NCBI GenBank assembly: GCA_900546375.1
Contig: URCO01000007.1
Span: forward strand, 3,303-67,302
Length of the DNA stretch: 64,000 bases
Direction: 5' to 3'
Origin: an uncultured Collinsella sp.
Lineage (GTDB): Bacteria; Actinomycetota; Coriobacteriia; Coriobacteriales; Coriobacteriaceae
Shown piece by piece: positions 1-9,111 of the stretch (position 1 is its first letter; each line of letters begins with the position of its first letter). Below the pieces are notes generated by a model. That model searched no databases. It was not told the origin of the DNA and was given only the letters and a program-made list of their open reading frames with translations. Both the position numbers and the translations under genes were made by a program.

Positions 1-764
1 ATGCTTGCGGAGCTATCGCCAACCTTCTTCTTGTAGAGCTTCTGCAGCGTCGCGGACTGGCGGACGATCTGCTTGGCCTGATCCTTGGACACGCCATACT
101 GCGTGGCCATGGTCTTGTAGTCGGAGGTGCCGATGGAATCCTCGGCGTACTGCTTCATTTCCTTGGAAGAGACGGTAATGCCCTCGTCCTCGGCAGCGTC
201 CAGCAGAATCTGGTTGCGCACGTAGGACAGGATAACGTCGGCAGACGGAGCGGTGTAGTTGCCGTCATCGTCCTTGACGGTGTCGAGGCTGTACTGGCTC
301 TCGATGGCCTCACGCGCGGTGATGTCGCTCTTCTTGCCGTTGTAGCTATAGCTTGCCACGGTCGAATCGAGCTGGTCCTCGGTGAGGGTCGCCGAGCCGA
401 CGCCTTTGCCGCCAAAACCACCGTTGCCGATAAAGAAGCCGACCACGGCAGCAATCACGACGGCGACCACAAAGGCGGCAATCATCGTCTTCTTGTGCTT
501 GCAAGCGTGGTCGTCCACGTCGGAGTCGTCGTCCTCGTCCTGTTCCTCGGGCATCAGATTCTCGTCAGCGGCATCCGCGGCAATCTGAGCCTCCAGTCGG
601 GCGTCCTCCCCCTCGGCCGTCGTGCCGGCGGCAATGTGCTCGGCAGACGTACCGGCGACCAGATCGATCTTCTCGTCCTCGTCACCGTCGGGGCCTTCGC
701 CGCGCTCGATGATCTGGATGCCGTCGATCTCGTCCTTCTCGTCCTTCTTTTGAATCAGACCCAT
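1..764 (-). CDS. Membrane-anchored protein with acidic N-terminus and SurA/PrsA-like N-terminal region (3' end outside window)
   Basis: Not in the ORF track because it runs off the window. ATG at 764 with AGGAG RBS at 773-777. Manual translation: MGLIQKKDEK..., a TM segment (MIAAFVVAVVIAAVVGFFIG), then VRNQILLDAAEDEGITVS, which resembles SurA_N. Confidence 0.6.
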   Translation of the reverse strand, partial: MGLIQKKDEKDEIDGIQIIERGEGPDGDEDEKIDLVAGTSAEHIAAGTTAEGEDARLEAQIAADAADENLMPEEQDEDDDSDVDDHACKHKKTMIAAFVVAVVIAAVVGFFIGNGGFGGKGVGSATLTEDQLDSTVASYSYNGKKSDITAREAIESQYSLDTVKDDDGNYTAPSADVILSYVRNQILLDAAEDEGITVSSKEMKQYAEDSIGTSDYKTMATQYGVSKDQAKQIVRQSATLQKLYKKKVGDSSAS

Positions 765-890
765 ATCAGTTACTCCTTGTTAGGAAACATAGTCTTCAAT
801 AGAATACGCCCGACAGAGTGCCGGGCGTATTGATTCTTAGGTTATACGCAAACACTTAAGTACTATTTAGGCGTTTGCAGCCTGCATGTC

Positions 891-1976
891 TTAGGCCAGG
901 TGCGCGATAACGGCATCGGCAAAGGCCTGCGTGCCCACGGCGCCCTCGACGGAGCCGGTCTGGGCACGACATACGTCGCCGGTAACCTGCTTACCCTCGT
1001 CGAGCGTGGCGGACACGGCGGCGCGGATACGATTGGCCGCATCGTTCTCGCCCAGATGATCGAGCATCATAGCCGCAGACAGAATCTCGGCCGTGGGGTT
1101 GGCGATATCCTGGCCAGCGATATCGGGCGCGGAGCCATGCGTTGCCTCGAAGATGGCGCAGTCGGCACCGATGTTGGAGCCGGGGGCCATACCCAGGCCA
1201 CCTACCAGGCCGGCGCACAGGTCGCTGACGATATCGCCGTACAGGTTGGGCAGCACCAGGACATCGAAGTCGTTGGGGTTCTGGACCAGGCCCATGCAGG
1301 TGGCGTCGACGATCTTGTCGTTGAACTCAATATCGGGATAGTTGGCGGCCACCTCGCGCGCAACGCGCAGGAACAGGCCATCGGTCGCCTTCATAATGTT
1401 GGCCTTGTGCACGGCCGTCACCTTTTTACGGCCGCAGCGGCGGGCGTACTCAAAGGCGTACTCCACAATGCGGCGGCTCTTGGCGATGGAGATGGGCTTA
1501 ATTGAGATGGCGGAATCGGCGGCGAAGGTCTTCTGACCCGAGCGCTCGACAAGCTGTGAGAGCTCCTCGACCTCGGCAGCGCCCTCATCGAACTCGATCC
1601 CGGCGTAGAGGTCCTCGGTGTTCTCACGCACGATGACCAGGTCGACGTCGCGGAAGCGCGAGCCGTCGCCCGGCTGCGACAGGCAGGGGCGCACGCAGGC
1701 GTACAGGTCGAAGTGCTTGCGCAGGGCCACGTTAACGCTGCGGAAACCCGTGCCGACCGGCGTGGTGATGGGGCCCTTGATGGCAACCTTGGTCTCGGCG
1801 ACCGCATCGAGCACGTGCTGGGGCAGCGGCGTGCCAAACTCGTCCATGACGCCGGCACCTGCCTCCTGGACGTTCCAGTTGATCTGGACACCGGTGGCCT
1901 CGACCACGCGGCGCATGGCCTGCGTAATCTCGGGACCGATACCGTCACCGGGAATCAGGACTACATCGTGCGCCAT
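891..1976 (-). CDS. icd: Isocitrate/isopropylmalate dehydrogenase family protein (probably isocitrate dehydrogenase)
   Basis: Motifs [46 protein letters not shown]. Confidence 0.85.
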   Translation of the reverse strand: MAHDVVLIPGDGIGPEITQAMRRVVEATGVQINWNVQEAGAGVMDEFGTPLPQHVLDAVAETKVAIKGPITTPVGTGFRSVNVALRKHFDLYACVRPCLSQPGDGSRFRDVDLVIVRENTEDLYAGIEFDEGAAEVEELSQLVERSGQKTFAADSAISIKPISIAKSRRIVEYAFEYARRCGRKKVTAVHKANIMKATDGLFLRVAREVAANYPDIEFNDKIVDATCMGLVQNPNDFDVLVLPNLYGDIVSDLCAGLVGGLGMAPGSNIGADCAIFEATHGSAPDIAGQDIANPTAEILSAAMMLDHLGENDAANRIRAAVSATLDEGKQVTGDVCRAQTGSVEGAVGTQAFADAVIAHLA

Positions 1977-1982
1977 AATCTG

Positions 1983-2681
1983 TTACTCCTCGTCTTCGGC
2001 GTCGTCAGATTTTTTAACGCTAGCACGCTTCTTCTTTTTGGAGAGATCCAGGCCAAAACGTTTAACAAGCATTTCGCAAATCTCGCTCGAACGGGCCTTG
2101 AGATAGCTGCCCTTGCCGTTCTCGGCGTCGAACTTAAGGCGCAGCGCAAGCTTCTCGGCGACCTCGGCGTCGATCTCGCCCTGGCCAAACTCGTACAGGC
2201 AACCGAGCATATCGCGATACTCAAGGTCGCCGTGGTAGCACTGGATGGCCTCGTCTAGGATGGGCCAAGCCTCGCGTGAACGCTCAGCACTCGTGGCGCC
2301 CCACACGCACAGCAGGCGGAAGGCGGCATAGCGCAGCGTGGAGGAAATCTCGTCGAACAGTGCGGTCTCGGCGCCCTCAAAGGCATCGCCCAGCTGCTCG
2401 GGGCAGGTGGTGGCGAGCGCCGTCAGGGCATCGAGGGCCTCCCAGCGGGTCTGAGCCTCGGGGCGGTCGAGCGCCTCGATCAGCGCGGGCACGCAGGGCA
2501 CCACGCGCTGCGGATCGCGCTCGGCAAGCAGGTGCAGCACGCGGGCGGCAAACTGACGGATGCGGCGCGTGGGGCAGCCGAGCTCCTGGACCAGGCGGTC
2601 GACGGCGTTCTCGTTCTCCTCTGCCAGCTGGAGCTGTGCCAGCTCCTCGTCGGTGAGCTGTTCGTCTTTGTTTTCTGCCAT
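1983..2681 (-). CDS. HEAT-repeat-like hypothetical protein
   Basis: 232-aa helical ORF in tight operon spacing; HEAT-like segments (LIEALDRPEAQTRWEALDAL). Confidence 0.65.
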   Translation of the reverse strand: MAENKDEQLTDEELAQLQLAEENENAVDRLVQELGCPTRRIRQFAARVLHLLAERDPQRVVPCVPALIEALDRPEAQTRWEALDALTALATTCPEQLGDAFEGAETALFDEISSTLRYAAFRLLCVWGATSAERSREAWPILDEAIQCYHGDLEYRDMLGCLYEFGQGEIDAEVAEKLALRLKFDAENGKGSYLKARSSEICEMLVKRFGLDLSKKKKRASVKKSDDAEDEE

Positions 2682-2696
2682 AGTTACCTCTTTTTA

Positions 2697-3125
2697 CTAT
2701 TTCTTAGCGTGCTTGTCAGCACCCTTGCTGTCATCGGTGACCGAGATGAGCTGTCGGTCGGCCGCGCCATTGCGACGCGCACGGCGGCGCTCCTCGGCAT
2801 CGCCCGCGTCGGCGGCGGCGCGGTGAGCCTTGTTGACGTTAAAGACCTCGTCGTGTTTGCGCCACGGACCGACGGACTCGCCAAAGCTCATCTTAAGGCC
2901 GGCGATAAAGCCGCCGAGCCAGCCGATCGGCGCAAACTGCACCAGCGGGAACAGCGAGAACACCCAGGTCAGCAGGATGACTGCCGCCGCTCCCGCAAAG
3001 TTGGCAATCCAGTAGTCGCGCTTGGTGATGACGCGCTTTTCGCACGCCCACTGGCCGCACAAAAAGCCGATGTAGATCGCGAAGAGAAAGAGCACCAGCG
3101 CAAGCACCACGAACGTCCAGCTCAT
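2697..3125 (-). CDS. Hypothetical membrane protein
   Basis: Likely start MSWTFVV at 3125, just after the upstream stop; three hydrophobic segments. Confidence 0.7.
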   Translation of the reverse strand: MSWTFVVLALVLFLFAIYIGFLCGQWACEKRVITKRDYWIANFAGAAAVILLTWVFSLFPLVQFAPIGWLGGFIAGLKMSFGESVGPWRKHDEVFNVNKAHRAAADAGDAEERRRARRNGAADRQLISVTDDSKGADKHAKK

Positions 3126-3130
3126 GGGCG

Positions 3131-4210
3131 CTACTCCCCGTGATGGTGGCCGCAGCAGCACTCGTGGCCATCATCATGGCCGTGGCCGCCGCAGCACTCG
3201 TGGTCCTCGCCATGGTGGTGGCCGCAACCGCACTCATGGTCGTCGCCGTGCTCGCCGCAACCGCAGCCGTCCTCGTGAGCACCGTGCTCTTCGGGACGAT
3301 ACTGCGACCAGTCCAGACCGGCGGCGATGGCGTCGGCCTCCTCCTTATAGAGGACCGTGATGGCCTGGGTGCCCAGCTTGGCACCACCGATGGCATCGAG
3401 CATGTCGTAGAGCGTAAAGGCCACGTCGGCGCCGGGCAGCGCAAGCTCGCGATCGTCGGCATAGGCGAGCGCCAAGCGCAGGTCCTTGATGAAGTGCTCG
3501 ACCATAAAGCCGGGCTTGTAGTCGCCGTCGAGCGCCTTGGGCGCCAGGCTCTCCATGGCGCCGGACTTGCCGGTACCGCCCAGGATCATCTGGCGGGTCT
3601 TCTCCAGATCAAGGCCGCTCAGCTCGGCAAATGCCATGGCGTCTGCCATGCCGACCATGCAGGCGCCCAGCGACACCTGGTTGGCGAGCTTGGCAGCCTG
3701 GCCCTTGCCGGCGCCGTCGAAGCAGCAGATGTTGGCCGCAAAGGTGGCAAGGATGTCGCGGACCGGCGCGATGTCGTTCTCGGTAGCGCCCACGATAGCC
3801 GTGAGCGTACCGGCGATAGCGCCCGACTCGCCGCCGGTGACGGGGCAGTCAAACGCCATGCGACCAGAAACCTGGGCGGCCTCGGCAATGTCACGGGCAA
3901 GCTCGGGCGAGCTCGTGGTGAGGTCGATCAGGACCGCGCCGGGCTTAGTGCACGCGAGCAGACCGTCGCCCGCCAGGTAGAGTTCCTCGACCTCGGAGGG
4001 ATAGCCCACCATGGTAAAGACGACATCGGCGTTCGCCGCGGCATCGGCCGGCGTATCTGCCCAGACGGCGCCGCGCTCGATAAGCGCCGCCGCCTTGGAC
4101 TTGGTGCGGTTGTTGACCGTGACGGGATAGCCGGCGTCCAGAATGTGGCCGGCGATGGGGGCACCCATGATTCCGGTGCCGATGAATGCGACGGAGAGCT
4201 TGTTTGCCAT
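3131..4210 (-). CDS. NAD(P)-dependent beta-hydroxyacid dehydrogenase (3-hydroxyisobutyrate DH/GarR family) with His/Cys-rich C-terminal tail
   Basis: FIGTGIMG Rossmann motif, DCPVTGG, GQAAKLANQ, FMVEHFIKDL. Confidence 0.85.
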   Translation of the reverse strand: MANKLSVAFIGTGIMGAPIAGHILDAGYPVTVNNRTKSKAAALIERGAVWADTPADAAANADVVFTMVGYPSEVEELYLAGDGLLACTKPGAVLIDLTTSSPELARDIAEAAQVSGRMAFDCPVTGGESGAIAGTLTAIVGATENDIAPVRDILATFAANICCFDGAGKGQAAKLANQVSLGACMVGMADAMAFAELSGLDLEKTRQMILGGTGKSGAMESLAPKALDGDYKPGFMVEHFIKDLRLALAYADDRELALPGADVAFTLYDMLDAIGGAKLGTQAITVLYKEEADAIAAGLDWSQYRPEEHGAHEDGCGCGEHGDDHECGCGHHHGEDHECCGGHGHDDGHECCCGHHHGE

Positions 4211-4308
4211 GAAACCTTTCCTTTTGGGTTGGGTGTTGTTACCAGGTTGAATACTCGGTGCCAGCGTTTGGGCTGTGAGTCGAGGGCGATTACGGACGCA
4301 GCGCTTGC

Positions 4309-5265
4309 CTACTGACCGCGCACGCGGCGGGCGATACGGTCGGAAAGCGACGCCTTGTCGGCGCGGTTCTTACCCCAAAACGCGCAGCCCACCATGCCGG
4401 GGCCCACGTGCGAGCCGATGGTGGGACCCACGGAGCCGCGAATGATCGTGACGTCGGCGCAACCCTCCTCCTTGCGGATGGCGGCTTCGAGCCAGTCACC
4501 ATCCTTTTCGGCATCGGCCGTCATGATGGCGATGGGCATGGTGCGATCGGGCACGTAGTTCTCGCGGAACGACTTGAGGATGGACTTGAGCGCCTTCTTG
4601 CGGCCGCGGTTGACGCCGATCAGCGACAGCGAGCCGGCCAGGTCGTAGGAGAGCTCGGGCTTGACGTCGAGCTTTGCCGTGAGCTGCGCCGCCGCGGGAG
4701 GAATGCGGCCGCCGGCAGCCAGTGCGTCGAAGCTCTCGAGCGTAAAGTAGCCGTGCACGTAGGTCTTTGCCTCGTTTGCCCAATCGACCAGCTGCTTGGC
4801 GGTCAGTCCCGCCGAACGCTGGCGCACGGCCTCGAGCGCCAAGAGCGCACCGGTCGCGCAGGGCAGAGCGTTGTCGACCACGTAGAGCTCAAAGTTGGGA
4901 TACTCGGCGCGCACGACATCTGCCGCCTGGCACGCGGAGTTGTAGCTCGACGACAGCGCCGAGGTAAAGCACAGGTAGACCGTGGGCGTGCCCTCTTTGG
5001 CGCACTCGGTAAAAAACTCGATATAGCGACCGAGCGACACAGCCGAGGTGGACACGCGGGCACCGGCGCGCATGCGGTCGTAGAACTCCTTAGGGCTCAT
5101 GCTCGACCAGATGTCGTCTGTGCGCTCCTCGCCATCGATAATGAAAGGGAAACCCAGGATATCGACATCGAGGTTCGCGGCGACCTCGGGGCTAAAGTCG
5201 CAGCAGGTATCGACGACGATGCGGCAACGGTTCGAATGACCGGCGGATGCGGCCTTGTCCATCAA
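4309..5265 (-). CDS. DegV family fatty-acid-binding protein
   Basis: IVVDTCCD, SALSSSYNSA, GGRI, IGSHVGPG motifs. Confidence 0.9.
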   Translation of the reverse strand: MMDKAASAGHSNRCRIVVDTCCDFSPEVAANLDVDILGFPFIIDGEERTDDIWSSMSPKEFYDRMRAGARVSTSAVSLGRYIEFFTECAKEGTPTVYLCFTSALSSSYNSACQAADVVRAEYPNFELYVVDNALPCATGALLALEAVRQRSAGLTAKQLVDWANEAKTYVHGYFTLESFDALAAGGRIPPAAAQLTAKLDVKPELSYDLAGSLSLIGVNRGRKKALKSILKSFRENYVPDRTMPIAIMTADAEKDGDWLEAAIRKEEGCADVTIIRGSVGPTIGSHVGPGMVGCAFWGKNRADKASLSDRIARRVRGQ

Positions 5266-5280
5266 AGCGACTCCTTACGT

Positions 5281-5312
5281 AAAAAGGCGGCCACCCGCAT
5301 GGGATGGCCGCC
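5281..5312 (-). terminator. Intrinsic terminator after hpf/raiA
   Basis: GGCGGCCA/TGGCCGCC stem with T-tract on the minus strand. Confidence 0.65.
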
Positions 5313-5341
5313 AACCGTTAACTCATGCAAGTTAACGTATT

Positions 5342-5926
5342 TTACTCGTCAAGTGTTTCGATGCGGGGCTTGATGATGCCATATCCACCATTCTTACGGT
5401 GATACACCACATTGATGAGACCGGTCGTCGCGTTCTCGAACACGTAGAAGTCGTGGCCCAACAAATCGGTCTGCACCAGCGCCTGCTCCTCGGTCATCGG
5501 GGTGACATCGATGACCTTCTCGCGGACGAGCAGGTCGTCGTCCTCCTCGGGCAGCAGCAGGTCGGCCAGATCCTCAACGCGCTCGACCGGCGCGACATCC
5601 GCGGCACTGGCACCACCCTGGCGGTTGTCCACGACCTTGGTCTTGAACTTGCGCAGCTGGCGGGTGACCTTATCGGCGGAGAGGTCGATGGCAGCATACA
5701 TATCTGCGCCGTGCTCGGCAACGCGAATCACCGAACCGCGGGCACGAGCCGTGACCTCGACGATTGCCGGGTTGGGGTTCGAGGGGTTCTTCTCATAACG
5801 AAGCACGACGTCGACTGTCATGGGCTCGATGTCGAAAACCTTGAGCGCCTCGCCGATTTTCTCATCCACATGCGCACGCAGAGCATCGGTTACCGTCGTC
5901 TTGCGTCCAGAAACCTTGATATCCAT
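5342..5926 (-). CDS. hpf: Ribosome hibernation promoting factor (long HPF / RaiA)
   Basis: Start MDIKVSGRK; DMYAAID..RQLRKFK; C-terminal PMTEEQAL..LLGHDFYVF..VVYHRKNGGYGII. Confidence 0.92.
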   Translation of the reverse strand: MDIKVSGRKTTVTDALRAHVDEKIGEALKVFDIEPMTVDVVLRYEKNPSNPNPAIVEVTARARGSVIRVAEHGADMYAAIDLSADKVTRQLRKFKTKVVDNRQGGASAADVAPVERVEDLADLLLPEEDDDLLVREKVIDVTPMTEEQALVQTDLLGHDFYVFENATTGLINVVYHRKNGGYGIIKPRIETLDE

Positions 5927-6145
5927 ACGTGGCTCCAATCTGCCTCGGGGACTTACTGTACTGGCTATGTACCCATTGCCGTGCATTTAATCACGCGATT
6001 TCCCAAAGACCCGAATAACGACTGCTTGATACCGCATACCGAAGTCTCGCACTTTTCCGTGGCAAAGTGCGCTATAGGAAGGCGTCGACGGAGTTAATTT
6101 TTCTCCTGAAAATTAGCTTTGACCTGCTAGTTTTACCAAAATAGA

Positions 6146-6178
6146 AAAGCCGGGCTCCCCTATTTGGGAGACCCGGCC
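6146..6178 (-). terminator. Intrinsic terminator after the substrate-binding protein gene
   Basis: GC-rich stem GCCGGG-TCTCCC / GGGGAG-CCCGGC followed by TTTT on the minus strand. Confidence 0.6.
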
Positions 6179-6243
6179 ATGCGTGTTGAAACCGTGAAGA
6201 AGCGCCTCGTTCGATGTGTGGTAGACGCCACCCCTACCAATAA

Positions 6244-7254
6244 CTAGCTATTGAGCTTGTTGATGTCATCGTCGGTGATGGCGCCCTCCTGGCTAGACGA
6301 CGGACTGTCGCCGTTGTTATCAGAGGCGTCGCCATCGGAGGACTCGGTCTCGTTGGACGTGGAGTCGGATGCCTGCACATTGGCCCCCGAAACAGTCTTG
6401 GCGGTAAGGTCATAGGGCATTTGGCCATACCAGACGCAGTGGACCGCCTCGAGCGTGCCGTCGACCGTGATACCGTCGAGGGCATCACTCACGGCACGGC
6501 ACAGCTCATCGTTAGAGCTAAGGCCTGCGACGCCAAGCGTGGAGGGTGCCTCGAGCGTGCCGACATAGGAGATCTGACTCATCAGGCGCGCGAGGTAACC
6601 ACCGGCCGTGGAATCACAGATCACGTAATCGACCTCGCCCGACTCGAGTGCCTCGAAGCACTCGTTGATGTTGGAGAAGGTCTTTTGGTTGGCCGTGATG
6701 CTCTGCTTGGCAAGCGCTTCCTGCGAGGCCGAGGAAGTCTGAACGCCCAAAGTAGCAGTGTTGAGTGTGTCGGTTGAGACACTCGGGGACTCTCCGTCGC
6801 TGGTCTTGCCGAACACGGCGGCAGCATCGTACAGACAGGTGCCAAGCGAGCTGATGTCGCCGCCCGCAGACTTGATGTCGCCAATAAAGATGTCGGCCTT
6901 TTTATCGCTGAGCGCGGAATCGGCCGAGGACGCATCGACAAAGGCGACCTTGAGACCCATGCGGCATGCGAGGGCACGAGCGGCATCGACCGCATAGCCC
7001 GTGAGGTTTCCGTCGGCATCCTGCATGGCTTGCGGGGCATCGGACGTATCGAGGGCGACCGTCAGGGTTCCCGGCGTGACCAGGGCATTGTCCGATACCG
7101 TGGGGGTAACGGCCTCGCGCTCGATCTGGTCGATCGTGGGCGTCGTGAACGTGGACAGTGGATTGAACGCGCATCCGCTCAGGCCCAAAACGGCAATGAC
7201 CGCCGCGGTCCCAGCACCCAACCGAGCCGCATGCATCAAGCTGCCCCTCACCAT
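6244..7254 (-). CDS. ABC-type amino-acid substrate-binding lipoprotein (SBP_bac_3-like)
   Basis: Lipobox LSGC; GTLTVALD..P, GYAVDAARALA, ALESGEVDYVI. Start placed at 7254 because the upstream ORF extension overlaps the ncRNA. Confidence 0.8.
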   Translation of the reverse strand: MVRGSLMHAARLGAGTAAVIAVLGLSGCAFNPLSTFTTPTIDQIEREAVTPTVSDNALVTPGTLTVALDTSDAPQAMQDADGNLTGYAVDAARALACRMGLKVAFVDASSADSALSDKKADIFIGDIKSAGGDISSLGTCLYDAAAVFGKTSDGESPSVSTDTLNTATLGVQTSSASQEALAKQSITANQKTFSNINECFEALESGEVDYVICDSTAGGYLARLMSQISYVGTLEAPSTLGVAGLSSNDELCRAVSDALDGITVDGTLEAVHCVWYGQMPYDLTAKTVSGANVQASDSTSNETESSDGDASDNNGDSPSSSQEGAITDDDINKLNS

Positions 7255-7316
7255 GTCCGCTACCCTGCCTTCTGTGTCGTATACGATCCGTGCCCTGCAC
7301 GGAATATCGGGTTGTT

Positions 7317-7575
7317 CCCACCAGCTGACCTGGTATTTGACCCCACACTTGCGCACCGGGGCGTTTGCTCAGGAGGCCGCAGCCACCTTCACGACTGGCC
7401 CGCTCGCCCGCGAGGCGGTATTGCCCCAAAGAAAGTAGAACGGACGGTGCGGCTTACATCTAGGACGCGCCATGATCGCGCCGCGCGCACGCGGTCGCTT
7501 ACGTGGATCCCTTTGACCGCGTCTGTCTTGGACTAGGATGAACATTTCGTCCGTCCGCAACCACAGCCTGGCAGG
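7317..7575 (-). ncRNA. raiA motif RNA
   Basis: Minus strand carries, in order, GUGGUUG, GAUCCACGUAAG, CAUGG, UAGAUGUAAG and AGUGUGGGGUCAAAUACCAGGUCAGCU, matching the raiA-motif consensus as I recall it. Terminal stem CCUGCCAG/CUGGUGGG. Context comF - RNA - SBP - raiA fits the family. Confidence 0.85.
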
Positions 7576-7585
7576 AACGTAGGGC

Positions 7586-7614
7586 ATTATAGCTAAGTTC
7601 AAGCTATAGTTTAA
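7586..7614 (-). promoter_or_regulatory. Sigma70-type promoter of the raiA-motif RNA
   Basis: TTAAAC-17 bp-TATAAT ending about 10 nt upstream of the RNA terminal stem. Confidence 0.6.
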
Positions 7615-7731
7615 GGTTAGGGACGTTATTCGCATCGCGAGCACAGATTTCGCAGGTCGGGGCGGGCCATTCGTGCCCCCATGAAGCCCGGAGCTCCCCC
7701 CACGGGGAGCTCCGGGGCACCCGTCTCAGGG

Positions 7732-7958
7732 TGCCGTGTGCAAAAAACGGCAAATATGAGTACTGCTACCAATTTAGTAGCAGCGTATTTCCGCCCCACG
7801 AGCCCTTTTTGAGTTCCGCACAGCCCGCTTGGCGCCAAGATATTCCACATTCGTTTATTATCTCATCGCTGAATCTAGTTTTTCTGCCCAAGTTTCTTTA
7901 TTTTTGCTGTCACTAATCTAGTAGCAGTACTCATATTTGCTGTTTTTTGCACAGGGCA
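7732..7958. mobile_element. 227-bp MITE-like palindromic element
   Basis: 38-bp terminal inverted repeats (7732-7769 and 7921-7958; TGCCSTGTGCAAAAAACRGCAAATATGAGTACTGCTAC, 2 mismatches); AT-rich non-coding interior. Confidence 0.7.
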
Positions 7959-7988
7959 TATAAACAGACCCCCTATAAAGCCATAGTT

Positions 7989-9101
7989 TTACGCCGGCTT
8001 GAGCCCAAAGCACGCTCGGAGCGTATTCAGCAGAGCATCTTGCCTCTTTCGACGAGCCTCTACACGATTCTGATATCGCTTACCCATGCGTTGGTATATG
8101 CGCCATGCGAGCGCCTCTAACGCCTCCATGCCGCAGAGCATCTCGTTGTTGACCGTCGCGACCTCGATTCCCATGGACGCCAAACCCGTATTGCGTTTTT
8201 CATCGTGAATGCGCCCGCCGCGAGACGAATGGCCCAGCTCACCGTTGTATTCCAGGTCAAACCGAGCTGCTTCCTGATAGGCATCGCAAACCGCATACGG
8301 CATCCCCGAGATCGCCTGCGCACGGTCGTTGAACTCGATCTTGTGGTCGGTCTTAAAGGGACCGCAGGCAAATCCGCCATAGGAAAACGGAAGCGAAAAC
8401 ATGGCAAGCATGATGCATTCCATGGGTGAGCGCAGGTTTTCCGACAGAAAGGGGCACAGCCGCCGCAGCTGCTTGGCCGCGCTCCCCTTGCATGCCGCAA
8501 GGTAATCTGCCAGGCGATCGGGCGTCAGCACTGGCTCGACCTCAAAGTAGCCCACATCTGACGGCTGGTCCTTATCCTTTGCAAGCCTGTTCACGGTAGG
8601 CGAGCTGTAAGGGGGCAGATACTGCCCGCGATCGCTCAGCGAAATCTTGGAGCACAGCTCCTGGGCCAGGGCAAATGCCTGGATGCAGCCGACTTCGCGC
8701 GCAACGGCGGCACAGAGGGCCTCGGGAGACAAGCTGTACACCCCCGGCTTCACCTCCAAAATCGAGGCGTCCGGCAGGCCTGTAGAACAAACGGACCAGC
8801 TTGCACCAGGCATGCGGCGACGCTGCTTCGCCGACCCCACCAGCAGGCACAAGTCTTCTTGGACCTCGCCACTCACGGCCCCGATCCGCACCAAATCGGG
8901 AAGATAAATGTCCTCGGCCGAGGGAGACGATGTATGCAGCACACTGTGCTCTTCATCGGGATCGAGGTCCCTCCAGCTGATGTAACCCATTTGCCGGCGC
9001 TCGGCGCGCATCATGCGCAGCGCCGAGGCGCCGGTCAGGACTACGGAGGCCGCCAGTTGCTCGTTTGTCGGCTCGATGCGCCGCGCTATCTTCACTGCCA
9101 C
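7989..9101 (-). CDS. Hypothetical protein with C-terminal Vsr/DUF559-like nuclease domain (actinobacterial AbiEi-like/DUF559 architecture)
   Basis: GTG start at 9101 just after the comF stop. Motifs SPMEC..L..GG, CDAY..DLEYNG..H..DEKRNTGLASMGIEV. Confidence 0.6.
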   Translation of the reverse strand: MAVKIARRIEPTNEQLAASVVLTGASALRMMRAERRQMGYISWRDLDPDEEHSVLHTSSPSAEDIYLPDLVRIGAVSGEVQEDLCLLVGSAKQRRRMPGASWSVCSTGLPDASILEVKPGVYSLSPEALCAAVAREVGCIQAFALAQELCSKISLSDRGQYLPPYSSPTVNRLAKDKDQPSDVGYFEVEPVLTPDRLADYLAACKGSAAKQLRRLCPFLSENLRSPMECIMLAMFSLPFSYGGFACGPFKTDHKIEFNDRAQAISGMPYAVCDAYQEAARFDLEYNGELGHSSRGGRIHDEKRNTGLASMGIEVATVNNEMLCGMEALEALAWRIYQRMGKRYQNRVEARRKRQDALLNTLRACFGLKPA

Positions 9102-9111
9102 AAAACCACCC

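Noticed and set aside
7255..7356. N-terminal extension of the SBP ORF
   Set aside because: It overlaps the raiA-motif RNA, and the lipoprotein signal fits a start at 7254.
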